A DNA stretch of 64,000 bases, from positions 4,027-68,026 of the forward strand of contig JACCXF010000202.1 of assembly GCA_013697295.1 (NCBI GenBank), written 5' to 3'. This document shows, piece by piece, positions 9,667 to 19,032 of the stretch. The notes under the pieces are model-generated. The model made no database searches and was not told the origin of the DNA. It saw only the letters and a program-made list of their open reading frames with translations. Both the position numbers and the translations under genes were made by a program. The stretch comes from Actinomycetota bacterium. Lineage in GTDB: Bacteria; Actinomycetota; CADDZG01; WHSQ01. How positions within the stretch are numbered: the stretch's first letter is position 1; each line of letters opens with the position of its first letter.

Positions 9667-9858
9667 ATGGACCTGACCGAGCTGGGGAAGCGTATCGAGC
9701 AGGGACGCTACTCCGTGCCGGCCGAATCGGTCGCGGAGGCCATGTTGCCGTGGCTCATTCCCACAGCCCCCGGACCGGCGAGCGAGGCGCCATCCGGCCC
9801 TTCACCGCGGCCACCATCGACACGACGTCCTTGGCAGCCCCCACGTCGTGAACCCTGA
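9667..9858 (+). CDS. FlgM C-terminal-domain-like mini-protein (putative anti-sigma28)
   Basis: MDLTELGKRIEQGRYSVPAESVAEAML resembles the FlgM_C pattern L..I..G.Y.V....VA.AML; the Pro-rich tail overlaps the folP 3' end. Confidence 0.55.
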   Translation: MDLTELGKRIEQGRYSVPAESVAEAMLPWLIPTAPGPASEAPSGPSPRPPSTRRPWQPPRREP

Positions 9859-10612
9859 CGACTGCCGCCCCCGCGTTCGCCGATAGCGCTACAAGGGCAA
9901 GGGTCCCAGACAGACGGTCGGGGGGTGGGAGGTCAAGGGTTTCGCCGACCACGTCCTTACGGGACGGGGCCACCAGGACCGGACCGGCAGGGCCCACCAG
10001 CTCGTCCAGCCTCCGCATCAGTTCCAGCGATTGATACGTGTTCTTGCCGAAGTCGAGGCCCGGATCGAACAGAAGCCCATCGGGCGACACCCCCGCGTCG
10101 CGAGCCAAGACGGTCAGTCGGTCCCATTCTTCGAGCACCGCGGCCACGACGTCTCCGTAGCGTGGGTTACGCGGGCGCCCTCGGATCTGGCCCCCGTGAT
10201 GCATGAGGACCAACGCTCCGCCCGCCGCAGCGCAAGCCGGCGCGAGGTCGGGATCGGCGAGTCCCGTCACGTCGTTCAATATCGATGCTCCCGCCCCCAA
10301 CGCGGCCCTGGCCACCTCCGGGCGGCCGGTCTCGATCGACAGCGGTACGCGCACCCGGCCCACGAGCGCTTCCACGAGCGGGAGGAGGCGTTCGGTCTCC
10401 TCCTCGGCCGACACCGCCGGCCCCGGCCCTGCCCGCACGCCGCCCAGGTCGAGGAGGTCGGCCCCCTGCTCCTGAAGCCCCAGCGCGAAGTCGATCGACG
10501 CGCGGAGGTCGAGCCGGCCACCATCGAAGAATGAATCCGGCGTCCGGTTGACGATCCCCATGACGAGGCACAGGTCGGTCTCGAGGATCCCGCCTGCGTG
10601 CCTGAGGATCAC
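9755..10612 (-). CDS. folP: Dihydropteroate synthase
   Basis: MGIVNRTPDSFFDGG, DPGLDFGK, SRK, VRVHDV. Confidence 0.92.
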   Translation of the reverse strand: MILRHAGGILETDLCLVMGIVNRTPDSFFDGGRLDLRASIDFALGLQEQGADLLDLGGVRAGPGPAVSAEEETERLLPLVEALVGRVRVPLSIETGRPEVARAALGAGASILNDVTGLADPDLAPACAAAGGALVLMHHGGQIRGRPRNPRYGDVVAAVLEEWDRLTVLARDAGVSPDGLLFDPGLDFGKNTYQSLELMRRLDELVGPAGPVLVAPSRKDVVGETLDLPPPDRLSGTLALVALSANAGAAVVRVHDVGAAKDVVSMVAAVKGRMAPRSPVRGLWE

Positions 10613-11523
10613 GGCTGGTCTACGGGGATCTGGCCCGGGCGTCTGGCCGTCGTCGATACGAGATAGATCCCGGCGAGGATGGCCGCCCCGCCCGGATATA
10701 CGAGCATCGAGGGGACCTCATCGAAGAGAACGAAGGCCAACGTGATCGCGAAGACGGGTTCCGCCATGATCGCCGCCGACACAGTGGTCGCATCGATGTC
10801 TTTGAGAACGAGGTTGATCACCGTGTGTCCCAGGAGCTGCGGCCCAACGACGATCCCCGCAAGAGCCCACCACGTGATCGACGGGTAGCCGATGAGGTCG
10901 ACACCCGCGGCCAGACACACGACCAGCAGCAACACGGCGGCGGCCGCGTAGGTCACGACCGCGTACTCCAGGATCCCCAGGGTCCGCCTGGCTACTCCCC
11001 CGGCGAGCACGTAACCTGCCGCCATCGCACCGCCCGCAAGAGCGAGCAGGTTACCGGCGAAGGACGTCCCTCCAAGGTCCACCCCGGCAACCACCGCCGA
11101 GCCGCCGAGAGCAATGACGATCCCCGTCCACCCCACCGCGGGCAACCGATCCTTGAATGCGAACCAGGCGATCAGCGCGACGAAGATCGGCGTCGTGGAG
11201 ACGAGAAGCACAGACGAAGCCACGGTCGTCAACTCGAGCGATCTGATCCAGGTCGCGAAGTGGACCGCGAGGAAGGCCCCCGCGATCACGGGCATCGTGA
11301 ACGCCGGTCGCTTCATGTCTCGCAATCCCGACCTCGCGAACGGAGCCAGGAGAAGCGCTCCGAGGACGCAGCGCCAGAAGGAGATGGCCAGGGCCTCCGC
11401 GCCCTCTGCGTACCGCACCAGGATGGCGGAGACCGAGGCGGCCACGACTCCGAGCGCGAGCAGGCTCCACGATGCCCACACGGGGCGGGACTCGATCCGA
11501 TCGGTTCCGGGGTCCGTCTTCAT
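10609..11523 (-). CDS. DMT/EamA-family transporter
   Basis: About 10 hydrophobic helices in two EamA-like repeats; GTGA overlap with folP. Confidence 0.85.
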   Translation of the reverse strand: MKTDPGTDRIESRPVWASWSLLALGVVAASVSAILVRYAEGAEALAISFWRCVLGALLLAPFARSGLRDMKRPAFTMPVIAGAFLAVHFATWIRSLELTTVASSVLLVSTTPIFVALIAWFAFKDRLPAVGWTGIVIALGGSAVVAGVDLGGTSFAGNLLALAGGAMAAGYVLAGGVARRTLGILEYAVVTYAAAAVLLLVVCLAAGVDLIGYPSITWWALAGIVVGPQLLGHTVINLVLKDIDATTVSAAIMAEPVFAITLAFVLFDEVPSMLVYPGGAAILAGIYLVSTTARRPGQIPVDQP

Positions 11524-11579
11524 GTGGTTCAGGGTAAGGGGGAGCGTGCCGGCCCCGGGTGTGGTGTATCAAGGTCGCC

Positions 11580-12002
11580 ATGGAGCACGAAGGACCGATC
11601 GTCGGCGTGGGCGCGGTGGTGATGCGAGAAGACAACCACCTACTCATGGTGCGGCGCGGGAAGGAACCGGCCAAAGGTCTCTGGTCCCTCCCGGGGGGGC
11701 GACTCGAACACGGTGAGTACATCGCCGGAGCCGTCGCTCGCGAAGTAAAGGAGGAGACGGCTCTCGAGGTCGAGGTAGGACGTCTCGCCGGGATCTTCGA
11801 GGTCCCCGGCGACCAGCACTACGTCATCCTCGACTTCATCGCGGAGGTCGAGGGCCGCCCCGAGCCGCGAGCGGGTCAGGATGCGGACGAGGCACGATGG
11901 GTCGCGTTCGATGACATCGAGAAGCTCGAATGCACCCCGCGTTTGGTCGAGACCCTGACCGCCTGGAGCGTTCTGGCGTCAGCAGGTGAAGAGAGCGACT
12001 GA
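11580..12002 (+). CDS. NUDIX hydrolase (ADP-ribose pyrophosphatase-like)
   Basis: WSLPGGRLEHGE......REVKEETAL Nudix box. Confidence 0.9.
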   Translation: MEHEGPIVGVGAVVMREDNHLLMVRRGKEPAKGLWSLPGGRLEHGEYIAGAVAREVKEETALEVEVGRLAGIFEVPGDQHYVILDFIAEVEGRPEPRAGQDADEARWVAFDDIEKLECTPRLVETLTAWSVLASAGEESD

Positions 12003-13808
12003 CTGGTTCTCTCTCGTGGTCGTCCCGGCGATCGGATCGGTCTCGACCACTGTCTTCCCGCCGTCGCACGATGCAACCTCCTGACCACTTAGCCCGACGG
12101 CCGAGAGCTTCTCGATCGCGCTGTCGAGAGACAGACCGCGAACGTCCGGAACCTTGACCTTCTCGAACTCGGGCCCCAATGAAACCTGAACCTCGATGTC
12201 GCTTCCCCGCGGAGTCATGGCGCCCGCAGTGGGGTTCATGGCCAGTACCTGACCAGGCGGGATGTCGTCCGAATAGACGTCGAGGACGACCGCAGTGAAG
12301 CCGGCTTTCTCGAGCGCGGCCGTGGCTTCCTCCTCAGTGCCTCCGATGACGTCGGGCACCGCGACGGGGCGCGGCCCTCTACTGACCACGAAACTCACCT
12401 CGCTGCCCCACGTCAGTTGCCCCTGGGCGGGGATCTGACGGAAAACAACGCCGGCGTCGTGCGGTGAGTAGCGCTCGAGCGGAGGCCCGAGCTCGAAACC
12501 TGCGGAGGTGAGACGACGTTCGGCGGCACGGGGTGCCATGCCGGCGACCGAAGGAACGTCCTTCAATGGAGGACCCTTCGATATCGATAGCCGGATCGTG
12601 TCCCCCTCCTCGACCCGTCCCGCTTCCGGACTCTGGCCCACGACCTCGCCCTTGGGAACGCTGAACCTCACAAGGCGTCGCTCGATCCGAATACCCAGAC
12701 CAAGCTCTTCGGCGCGCTTCTCGGCGCTCACCTTCGGCAGACCGACCAACTGGGGCACGCGCACCGGGTCCTGTCCCAGACCCACCGCACTCAACCCACC
12801 GAAGAGAAGCGCGCCCAGAAGACCGAGCACGGCCACGGCGCGCAACAAGCGAAGCCGCGATCGCCGCGTGCGCCTGGGCCGCTCAGCGAACGAGGTCGGG
12901 TGCATGTCCCCGAAGCCCACCTCGCCGGTCAGGTCGCGCAACAGGTGCTCCAGCGGTTCCGAATCGGGCAGCGACCGTATAGACACTCGTCGCAGTGCCG
13001 CCCCCATCTCCGAGGCGGTGAAGAAACGATCGAGGGGATCGAGGGCGCAGGCACGCAGAACGACGTCGTCGACCTCTGCCGGAACGGATGCATCGAAGGC
13101 GGAAGGAGGCGGAACGTCCTCCACCGCTCTCCGGTTCAACATCTGCGAGCCCGCTCCGAGAAGAGGAGGTTGGCCGGTCAACAGCTCGGAGAGGACCGCT
13201 CCCGCAGCCCAGATGTCGGAGGAGTAGGTGGCCTCATGCCCCCGAGCCTGCTCCGGCGAGAGGTACCGAAGGGTCCCTGGGATACCGCCGCCGGGCATCG
13301 AGCGATCCGCATCCGCCACCACCGCGATGCCGAAGTCCGCGACCTTGATCTTCCCATCGCGCGCGATGAGGACGTTCTCCGGCTTGATGTCTCGATGGAC
13401 CAGACCCTGATCGTGCGACTCGGATAGCGCGTCGCACACGTGCGCCATGATCTCCACGGACTGCGCCGGGCTCAACGAGCCGCGAGCCACCAGTAGGTCG
13501 CGCAGATCGGATCCGGAAACGTATTCCATGACCATGTAGTAGGTGTGCTCGTCCTCCTGCCCCCAGTCGTATACGGCCACGACGTTGGGATGTGACAGGC
13601 GCGCTGCCGCTCGCGCCTCGGCCTTGAAACGCTCCACCAGCAGCGGGTCGGTCGCGAGGGATGGTTGGAGGACCTTGACCGCCACGGGTCGATCGAGCAG
13701 CAGGTCGTGGCCCCGGTAGACCTCGCCCATCCCACCGCCGGCCAGCCTGCTCACGAGGTGATAGCGACCCGAGAAAGTGGTTCCCACGAGATCCCTCATC
13801 AGACGCAT
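11979..13808 (-). CDS. Ser/Thr protein kinase with TM helix and ~4 PASTA domains (PknB/PknL-like)
   Basis: GGMGEVY, VAVK, HRDIKPEN, DFG, SPEQ; TM helix; repeated VP.V.G PASTA starts. Confidence 0.92.
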   Translation of the reverse strand: MRLMRDLVGTTFSGRYHLVSRLAGGGMGEVYRGHDLLLDRPVAVKVLQPSLATDPLLVERFKAEARAAARLSHPNVVAVYDWGQEDEHTYYMVMEYVSGSDLRDLLVARGSLSPAQSVEIMAHVCDALSESHDQGLVHRDIKPENVLIARDGKIKVADFGIAVVADADRSMPGGGIPGTLRYLSPEQARGHEATYSSDIWAAGAVLSELLTGQPPLLGAGSQMLNRRAVEDVPPPSAFDASVPAEVDDVVLRACALDPLDRFFTASEMGAALRRVSIRSLPDSEPLEHLLRDLTGEVGFGDMHPTSFAERPRRTRRSRLRLLRAVAVLGLLGALLFGGLSAVGLGQDPVRVPQLVGLPKVSAEKRAEELGLGIRIERRLVRFSVPKGEVVGQSPEAGRVEEGDTIRLSISKGPPLKDVPSVAGMAPRAAERRLTSAGFELGPPLERYSPHDAGVVFRQIPAQGQLTWGSEVSFVVSRGPRPVAVPDVIGGTEEEATAALEKAGFTAVVLDVYSDDIPPGQVLAMNPTAGAMTPRGSDIEVQVSLGPEFEKVKVPDVRGLSLDSAIEKLSAVGLSGQEVASCDGGKTVVETDPIAGTTTRENQSVALFTC

Positions 13809-14219
13809 CTATCCGCCTCCGTTCGAGTTCCGCAGGTGATAGTCGAATCGTTCCTCCAGGACCGACAGGTCCCGAGCGATGGAACCGATCTGAGCGACGG
13901 CCGAGTCGGCGCTGGCTGCGGCTGAATCAGTCGATTCACGCACCGACGCAAGCGCCTCACCGACGCGGCCGGCGAGGTCGCCGATCCTCGCCTTGAATCT
14001 GGCGGCCATGCGCTGACGAGAGCGTTCCTGAGTGACACGCTCCGATTCGAGCTCGTCGACTCGCCGGGCCAGGGCCCGCACCTCGTCGATCGCGGCCACC
14101 GTCTCGGCTCGGGCTTCCGCTAGGGCCGCATCTCCGCGACCCGAGCTCGCGTCGGACCCGCACGCCGTGAGCACGGCGAGCGAGACGACGAGTGCTATCG
14201 CCCGGCTGGTCAGCGGCAT
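13809..14219 (-). CDS. Predicted lipoprotein with coiled-coil
   Basis: AGGAGG SD; signal peptide with lipobox LTAC; stop abuts the kinase start. Confidence 0.7.
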   Translation of the reverse strand: MPLTSRAIALVVSLAVLTACGSDASSGRGDAALAEARAETVAAIDEVRALARRVDELESERVTQERSRQRMAARFKARIGDLAGRVGEALASVRESTDSAAASADSAVAQIGSIARDLSVLEERFDYHLRNSNGGG

Positions 14220-14304
14220 GCGCGCCCTCCTGGGGCCCCCGGTTACTTCACACAAGATAACAGGAGTAACACTAGTTGACAGGAGTTTCAGAGGCAAACC
14301 GGGA

Positions 14305-14967
14305 TCAGATGGCTACATGGGCGACCAGCGGAACGTGGTCGGATGCGTCTCCGGGGACCGTCCAGGTACGCAGGACCCGGGCGCCCCCTCCGGCGAGCAC
14401 GTGATCTATGCGCCGGCTCCCCAGCCGGGAACGCACCGTGGGGGCCCGGCCCGGTCCGGTATCGAGGCCGTCCCGGCCCAGTGGTCGCAGCTCGCGGTGG
14501 GATGCGTTCAGGTCGCCGAGCACGACGACCGGGCCGTTCGAGGGCGAGGCGAGCTCGACAAGCGCGGGGAGCTGAAGCCGCCGGGCGGCACGTTGCGTGG
14601 CCAGGTGGACGCCGACCACACCTATCCCTCGCCACGACGTCAGGATGGCGCCTCGCTCCTCTTCGTCGCCCTCGCGAGGGAGGGTTCGCAGGTCCACCTC
14701 GAGGTCATCGGTTGCCGCCAGCGCGATCCCGTACTCGCCTCCACCTCTTCGCACCGTGGGGCGAAAGTGGACGCGAAGGCCCGTGAGCTCTGCGAGGATC
14801 GCCGGTTGATCGAGGTGGTCCGAGCGCCGGAAGTTGCGATCGAGCTCCTGAAGAGCGATCATCTCCGCCCCGGTCGCCAGTATGGCGGCGGCGGTGCGCT
14901 CGAGGTCAAGGCGCCCGTCGGAACCCTCCCCGTGATGGATGTTGAACGTCGCGATCGTCAGCTCCAT
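14305..14967 (-). CDS. Endonuclease/exonuclease/phosphatase-family protein
   Basis: TFNIH, ALQE, GDLN, IDHV, SDHVP. Confidence 0.88.
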   Translation of the reverse strand: MELTIATFNIHHGEGSDGRLDLERTAAAILATGAEMIALQELDRNFRRSDHLDQPAILAELTGLRVHFRPTVRRGGGEYGIALAATDDLEVDLRTLPREGDEEERGAILTSWRGIGVVGVHLATQRAARRLQLPALVELASPSNGPVVVLGDLNASHRELRPLGRDGLDTGPGRAPTVRSRLGSRRIDHVLAGGGARVLRTWTVPGDASDHVPLVAHVAI

Positions 14968-15011
14968 AGCGCCATAGATTACGGGGCGCCTGTGCGACGA
15001 TTGGTCTCATC

Positions 15012-15896
15012 GTGAGCACACAACCGCCCGAAACACCCCAGAGCGCCGTGGGAGAGGTCGAGGAGACCTTCTGCTACGGCCATCCGGACACCCCGACGAA
15101 GTTGAGGTGCAGCCGGTGCGATCGTCCCATCTGCGGACGGTGCGCGATCCCCGCCTCGGTCGGCCAGCACTGCCCTGAGTGCGTGGCCGAAGCCCGCAAG
15201 GGTCAACGGTCGGTCAAGTCTGCCCTTCGAGCGACCGCACCCGCGGTCATGACGATCATCGTCATCAACGTGGCGGTGTTCATCGCCCAGAACCTGGTCC
15301 ACGGATTGACCACCGACTTCGCTTCGTTCCCCATCGCGATCGCGAACGGGGAATGGTGGCGGCTGCTCACCCCGATGTTCTTGCATTCAACCGGCTTCAT
15401 CTTTCACATCTTGATGAACATGTACGTCCTGTACATCTTCGGGCCCCAGGTCGAGGAGGCATTCGGAACGGCCCGCTTCGTCGTGATGTATCTGGTGGCG
15501 GGTTTCTTCGCCTCGGCAGCGTCGTACGCGCTGGGGCCGTGCAGTGTCTTCGGCGTCGGGGCGTCCGGCGCGATCTTCGGAGTCGTCGGGGTCCTCTTGA
15601 TCTTTCTCTACCGGCGACGGTCGTCCCAATTCGTCGCCGGATATCTGCGACAACTCCTGTTCTTCGTCGGGATCAACGCGGTCTTGGGGTTCGCGATCGC
15701 CAACATCGACATGTGGGCGCACGCCGGCGGCCTCCTCGCGGGCGTCATGCTGGGAGCGGGCTTTGATCGGGGCGGGTCTCCTCAGCGGACGAGGACGGCG
15801 CAGATCGTGACGACGCTCGGCGTGATCGGGCTCGGATTGGCGTTCGTCGCATACCGGACGGCCACGTTCGCGTCCTCCTGCCAGCCTTTCGGCTAG
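15012..15896 (+). CDS. Rhomboid intramembrane serine protease with N-terminal B-box-like Zn finger
   Basis: CYGHP..CSRCDRPICGRC..CPEC; WWR, HILMNM, GASG, HAGG. Confidence 0.9.
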   Translation: MSTQPPETPQSAVGEVEETFCYGHPDTPTKLRCSRCDRPICGRCAIPASVGQHCPECVAEARKGQRSVKSALRATAPAVMTIIVINVAVFIAQNLVHGLTTDFASFPIAIANGEWWRLLTPMFLHSTGFIFHILMNMYVLYIFGPQVEEAFGTARFVVMYLVAGFFASAASYALGPCSVFGVGASGAIFGVVGVLLIFLYRRRSSQFVAGYLRQLLFFVGINAVLGFAIANIDMWAHAGGLLAGVMLGAGFDRGGSPQRTRTAQIVTTLGVIGLGLAFVAYRTATFASSCQPFG

Positions 15897-16729
15897 GACT
15901 CCACCTCCACTATCCCCGCCTTGATCACCGCTATCCCGTCGGAGTTGTAGGTCTCGAACCCGTAGGTCGTCGCTTCACCGGCGCCAGCCTCGGGCCAGAA
16001 CTTGGTCGTCAGCTCCTGGCCGGGGCGAACCGGTTTCGAAAAACGCACGGCGACGCGGCGCACCCTGCTCGGGTCGCCCCCGGCGAGTCCGTCCACCGCT
16101 CCCTGCGTCGCCAACGCCATCGTGCACATGCCATGCAGGATGATCCCCGGGAGTCCGGCCATACGGGCGGTGGCCTCGTCGAGATGGATGGGATTGTGGT
16201 CGCCAGAGGCCTCTGCATAACGGTGCGTCTGGTCTTCGTCTACCTTCGTCGTCGCTTCATGCTCGATGCTCCGCTCGGCCTCGTCGCTAAGAGCCGCGGC
16301 TGGACGAGGCCCGCTTCCGGAGCCCCGGATGAACATGGTCCCGCGCACTTCGGCGACCGGCGTTCCGTGCTGGTTGGTCTCCGTGGACTTCACCGTGAAG
16401 GTTTCGCCGGTGTCCTTCTTGTCCACCGATTCGAGAACCGTGGAGATCGTCAGCGTGTCCCCCGGTTGGATCGCCTCGTACAGAACGTGCTCCTCGGCTC
16501 CGTGTACGAGTCGCAGAAGGTCCGCCTCAAGATCCGGATCCATCGCAGCGGCCATGAACGAGTCGAACGCCGGCACGATCGGGAATATCGGCGAGGCGAC
16601 AACGTCCGTCGAGAGGTATCTCTCGTTGAGATCGTTGGTCGCCCGCGCGAACTTCTCGATGGCTTCGGCGGTCACCTCGTAAGTCTTCGACCCGTAGTCC
16701 TTGCCGGCGAGGTCGGCATTCAGCCCCAC
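15893..16729 (-). CDS. Double hot-dog MaoC-family (R)-enoyl-CoA hydratase
   Basis: LVHGAE; hydratase-2 motif YAEASGDHNPIHLD...ILHGM. Confidence 0.85.
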   Translation of the reverse strand: MGLNADLAGKDYGSKTYEVTAEAIEKFARATNDLNERYLSTDVVASPIFPIVPAFDSFMAAAMDPDLEADLLRLVHGAEEHVLYEAIQPGDTLTISTVLESVDKKDTGETFTVKSTETNQHGTPVAEVRGTMFIRGSGSGPRPAAALSDEAERSIEHEATTKVDEDQTHRYAEASGDHNPIHLDEATARMAGLPGIILHGMCTMALATQGAVDGLAGGDPSRVRRVAVRFSKPVRPGQELTTKFWPEAGAGEATTYGFETYNSDGIAVIKAGIVEVES

Positions 16730-16749
16730 TAAGTTCCCCTTTTCTCTAC

Positions 16750-16769
16750 GCGATCGTCGAGACGATCGC
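16750..16769. repeat. REP-like palindrome copy 1 (GCGATCGTCGAGACGATCGC)
   Basis: Same 20-mer at 54402-54421; reverse complement at 19033-19052. Confidence 0.8.
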
Positions 16770-16791
16770 TCCCGCTTTTCAACTCCTTGCG

Positions 16792-17244
16792 TTATTCCGG
16801 TAGTTCTACGTCTGCTTCGGCGACGATCGCCATCTCTTCGGCTGGGAGGTCGAGCCCCTCTGGACCCGAGCCACGGCGATGCACCTCGAGCGTCGTTTTC
16901 ACGATGCCGTCCTCGATCGAGACCACATGGGCGCGGCAGACGAGCTCATCGCCGGGCCACACGCGCGTCGTGAAACGAACCTTGAAGCGCCGGAGGTTCT
17001 GGGGACCTCCGAACCAATCCGTCACCGCGTGCGCAAGGTAGCCGGCCGGCAACATCCCCATTGCGAAGACCGTGGGCGCGCCCGTCCTGCGGGCGTAGCT
17101 CTCGTCCGTGTGGATCGGGTTGAAGTCACCCGAGGCTCCCGCGTACCTCACGAAGTCGACCTTCTCGAGGGGACCGAAGACGACCTCGCCGAACTCCTGA
17201 CCCGGAGTGATCCCCTCCATCGTGATGGTCTCGGGCGTGCCCAT
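16792..17244 (-). CDS. MaoC-family dehydratase (HadB-like catalytic subunit)
   Basis: YAGASGDFNPIH motif. Confidence 0.85.
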   Translation of the reverse strand: MGTPETITMEGITPGQEFGEVVFGPLEKVDFVRYAGASGDFNPIHTDESYARRTGAPTVFAMGMLPAGYLAHAVTDWFGGPQNLRRFKVRFTTRVWPGDELVCRAHVVSIEDGIVKTTLEVHRRGSGPEGLDLPAEEMAIVAEADVELPE

Positions 17245-17258
17245 CAGCGCTCCTCCAT

Positions 17259-17705
17259 TCAGCCCACGTCCTTGGCCGTCTCGATCAACGTGTAGTAGGC
17301 GGTAAGCACGTCCTCGCCCTGCACGTCCACGAAGCGCGACTCGTAGGTGACGAACCGCATCTCGCCGCCCCGCTTCCCTTGCTTCGTGAAGTCCTTGGAG
17401 ATCCGCATCGTGCCGCGAAGGATCTCACCTGCGAACGGGAGGCGCTGGTACACGAACTCCTGCTCGCCGTGTAACACGCGCTCGTAATCCAGGTTTGCGC
17501 CGAGCTGTGCTTCGCGCTGCTCTCTGGAGATCTGCCAGATCTGGGTCACCGTGAAAGTGGGTGGAGCGACGATATCGGGAAGACCCTGAGCGCGGGCCGC
17601 GTCCACGTCGAAGAAAACGGGGTTGTCCTCGCCGACGGAGAGGGCGAACTCGCGCACCTTGCCGCGCTCGACGGGCAACTCGAACGTCAGGTGCGACTCA
17701 GCCAA
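17259..17705 (-). CDS. MaoC_dehydrat_N / HadA-like partner subunit
   Basis: VERGKVREFA, APPTF, LHGEQEF. Confidence 0.85.
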   Translation of the reverse strand: MAESHLTFELPVERGKVREFALSVGEDNPVFFDVDAARAQGLPDIVAPPTFTVTQIWQISREQREAQLGANLDYERVLHGEQEFVYQRLPFAGEILRGTMRISKDFTKQGKRGGEMRFVTYESRFVDVQGEDVLTAYYTLIETAKDVG

Positions 17706-18636
17706 GTTGCAATCCCTGATCCCCGGCGGCCTTGATCATCATCGGAATCATCCCTTCTGGCTGGATGCCATCCGGCAGTGCCTCTTTCAACTTCGACACG
17801 AACTCCTCCGGCTCCCAACGTGAGTCTTTCGACAGGCTGATACCCATGTCCCAGGGCTTCAGCACGTTGACTACTCCACCGTAGACGAAGAAACACTGAC
17901 CGGTGATGTTCGCCGCTTCGTCGCTTGCAAGCCCAACGATTATCGGCGAGATGTTCGCTGGGTCCATGGCGTCGAACCCACCTTCCGGCACAGGGATATC
18001 GCCGAAGGTCTGTTCCGTGAGCCGGGTGCGCGCGTTGGGAGCCAGGCAGTTCACCGTGACGCCGTAGCGACCCAACTCAAGCGCAGCGATGACCGTGAAG
18101 GCTGCGATCCCGGCCTTCGCGGCTCCATAGTTCGTCTGACCCACGTTCCCGAAGACGCCGGAGGGACTCGACGTGTTGATGACTCGACCAGAGACCGGGT
18201 TTCCCGCCTTCGACTCCTGGCGCCAGTAGGCGGCCGCATGGCGAGTCGGCGCGTAATGCCCCTTCAAGTGGACGTTGATAACCGAGTCCCACTCGTCCTC
18301 CGAGAGGTTGACGAGCATCCTGTCGCGGATGATGCCCGCATTGTTGACCAGGACGTCGAGCCGGCCGAACTCCCCGACCGCTTGCTTGATCAGGTTCTCG
18401 GCCCCCTGGAAATCGGCCACGTTGTCGAAGTTGGCGGTCGCCTGACCACCGAGCTCCTTGATCTCGTCTGCTACCTGCTGTGCGGGGGCCGAGTCCTGCC
18501 CCTCGCCCGCGGCGGAACCTCCGAGATCGTTCACGACGACCCTGGCCCCGGCGCCGGCGAGCGCGATCGAGTGTTCGCGCCCGATCCCCCGGCCGGCTCC
18601 CGTGACGATCGCAACCTTGTTGTCCAACGAACCCAT
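17698..18636 (-). CDS. SDR oxidoreductase (MFE-2-like 3-hydroxyacyl-CoA dehydrogenase)
   Basis: TGAGRGIG, VVVNDLG, NNAGIIRD, YGAAK; GGAGG SD. Confidence 0.88.
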   Translation of the reverse strand: MGSLDNKVAIVTGAGRGIGREHSIALAGAGARVVVNDLGGSAAGEGQDSAPAQQVADEIKELGGQATANFDNVADFQGAENLIKQAVGEFGRLDVLVNNAGIIRDRMLVNLSEDEWDSVINVHLKGHYAPTRHAAAYWRQESKAGNPVSGRVINTSSPSGVFGNVGQTNYGAAKAGIAAFTVIAALELGRYGVTVNCLAPNARTRLTEQTFGDIPVPEGGFDAMDPANISPIIVGLASDEAANITGQCFFVYGGVVNVLKPWDMGISLSKDSRWEPEEFVSKLKEALPDGIQPEGMIPMMIKAAGDQGLQLG

Positions 18637-18718
18637 CGCGCCTCCCCTGATCCTCGTTCTCGACATCTTCACCCCGGCCCGGCCCCCAATCTAGCCGCGC
18701 GGCACCCGAGCATCCGTT

Positions 18719-18736
18719 CTTGACTGTTCGGTCAAG
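18719..18736. promoter_or_regulatory. Palindromic operator, TetR-like
   Basis: CTTGAC-TGTTCG-GTCAAG inverted repeat upstream of the SDR/MaoC operon. Confidence 0.5.
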
Positions 18737-18799
18737 TTTCTACCACGAGCTCCTCCTGGCGATTTCGCGAGAAACGCGCGCCTCCGTTTTCGGGTTGTG

Positions 18800-19030
18800 G
18801 TTTGATTGCGCTACGCGAGAAAGGAGGTGGTCCACACTTTGAGTGATAGTTGCTACGGACCTCGCGAGGTGACCGGCTGCTAGTGGTCTAAGCCTCAGGT
18901 ATTCGGGTTCTGGCCACCTCAGAGGTACAGGCCACGGGCAGAATCCAAACCGGTTCACCAATGACCGCGCCGTCCCATCTGGTCCAGTGGGCGTCACGTG
19001 ACGAAGTGCGGCGGGGTCGGCTGAAGAACC
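18800..19030 (+). ncRNA. Candidate structured RNA carrying a 16S-tail-complementary tract and a 14-codon ORF
   Basis: AGAAAGGAGGTGGTCCA (18818-34); sORF 18839-18883; several nested stems 18905-19030; terminator downstream. Confidence 0.5.
18839..18883 (+). CDS. sORF MSDSCYGPREVTGC (14 aa)
   Basis: TTG start behind an exceptionally long SD; TAG stop. Confidence 0.4.
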   Translation: MSDSCYGPREVTGC

Positions 19031-19032
19031 AA

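Noticed and set aside
18818..18834. Fragment of a 16S rRNA gene on the minus strand
   Set aside because: Similarity ends after 17 nt and the flanks are not rRNA, so it is treated as an extended SD instead.
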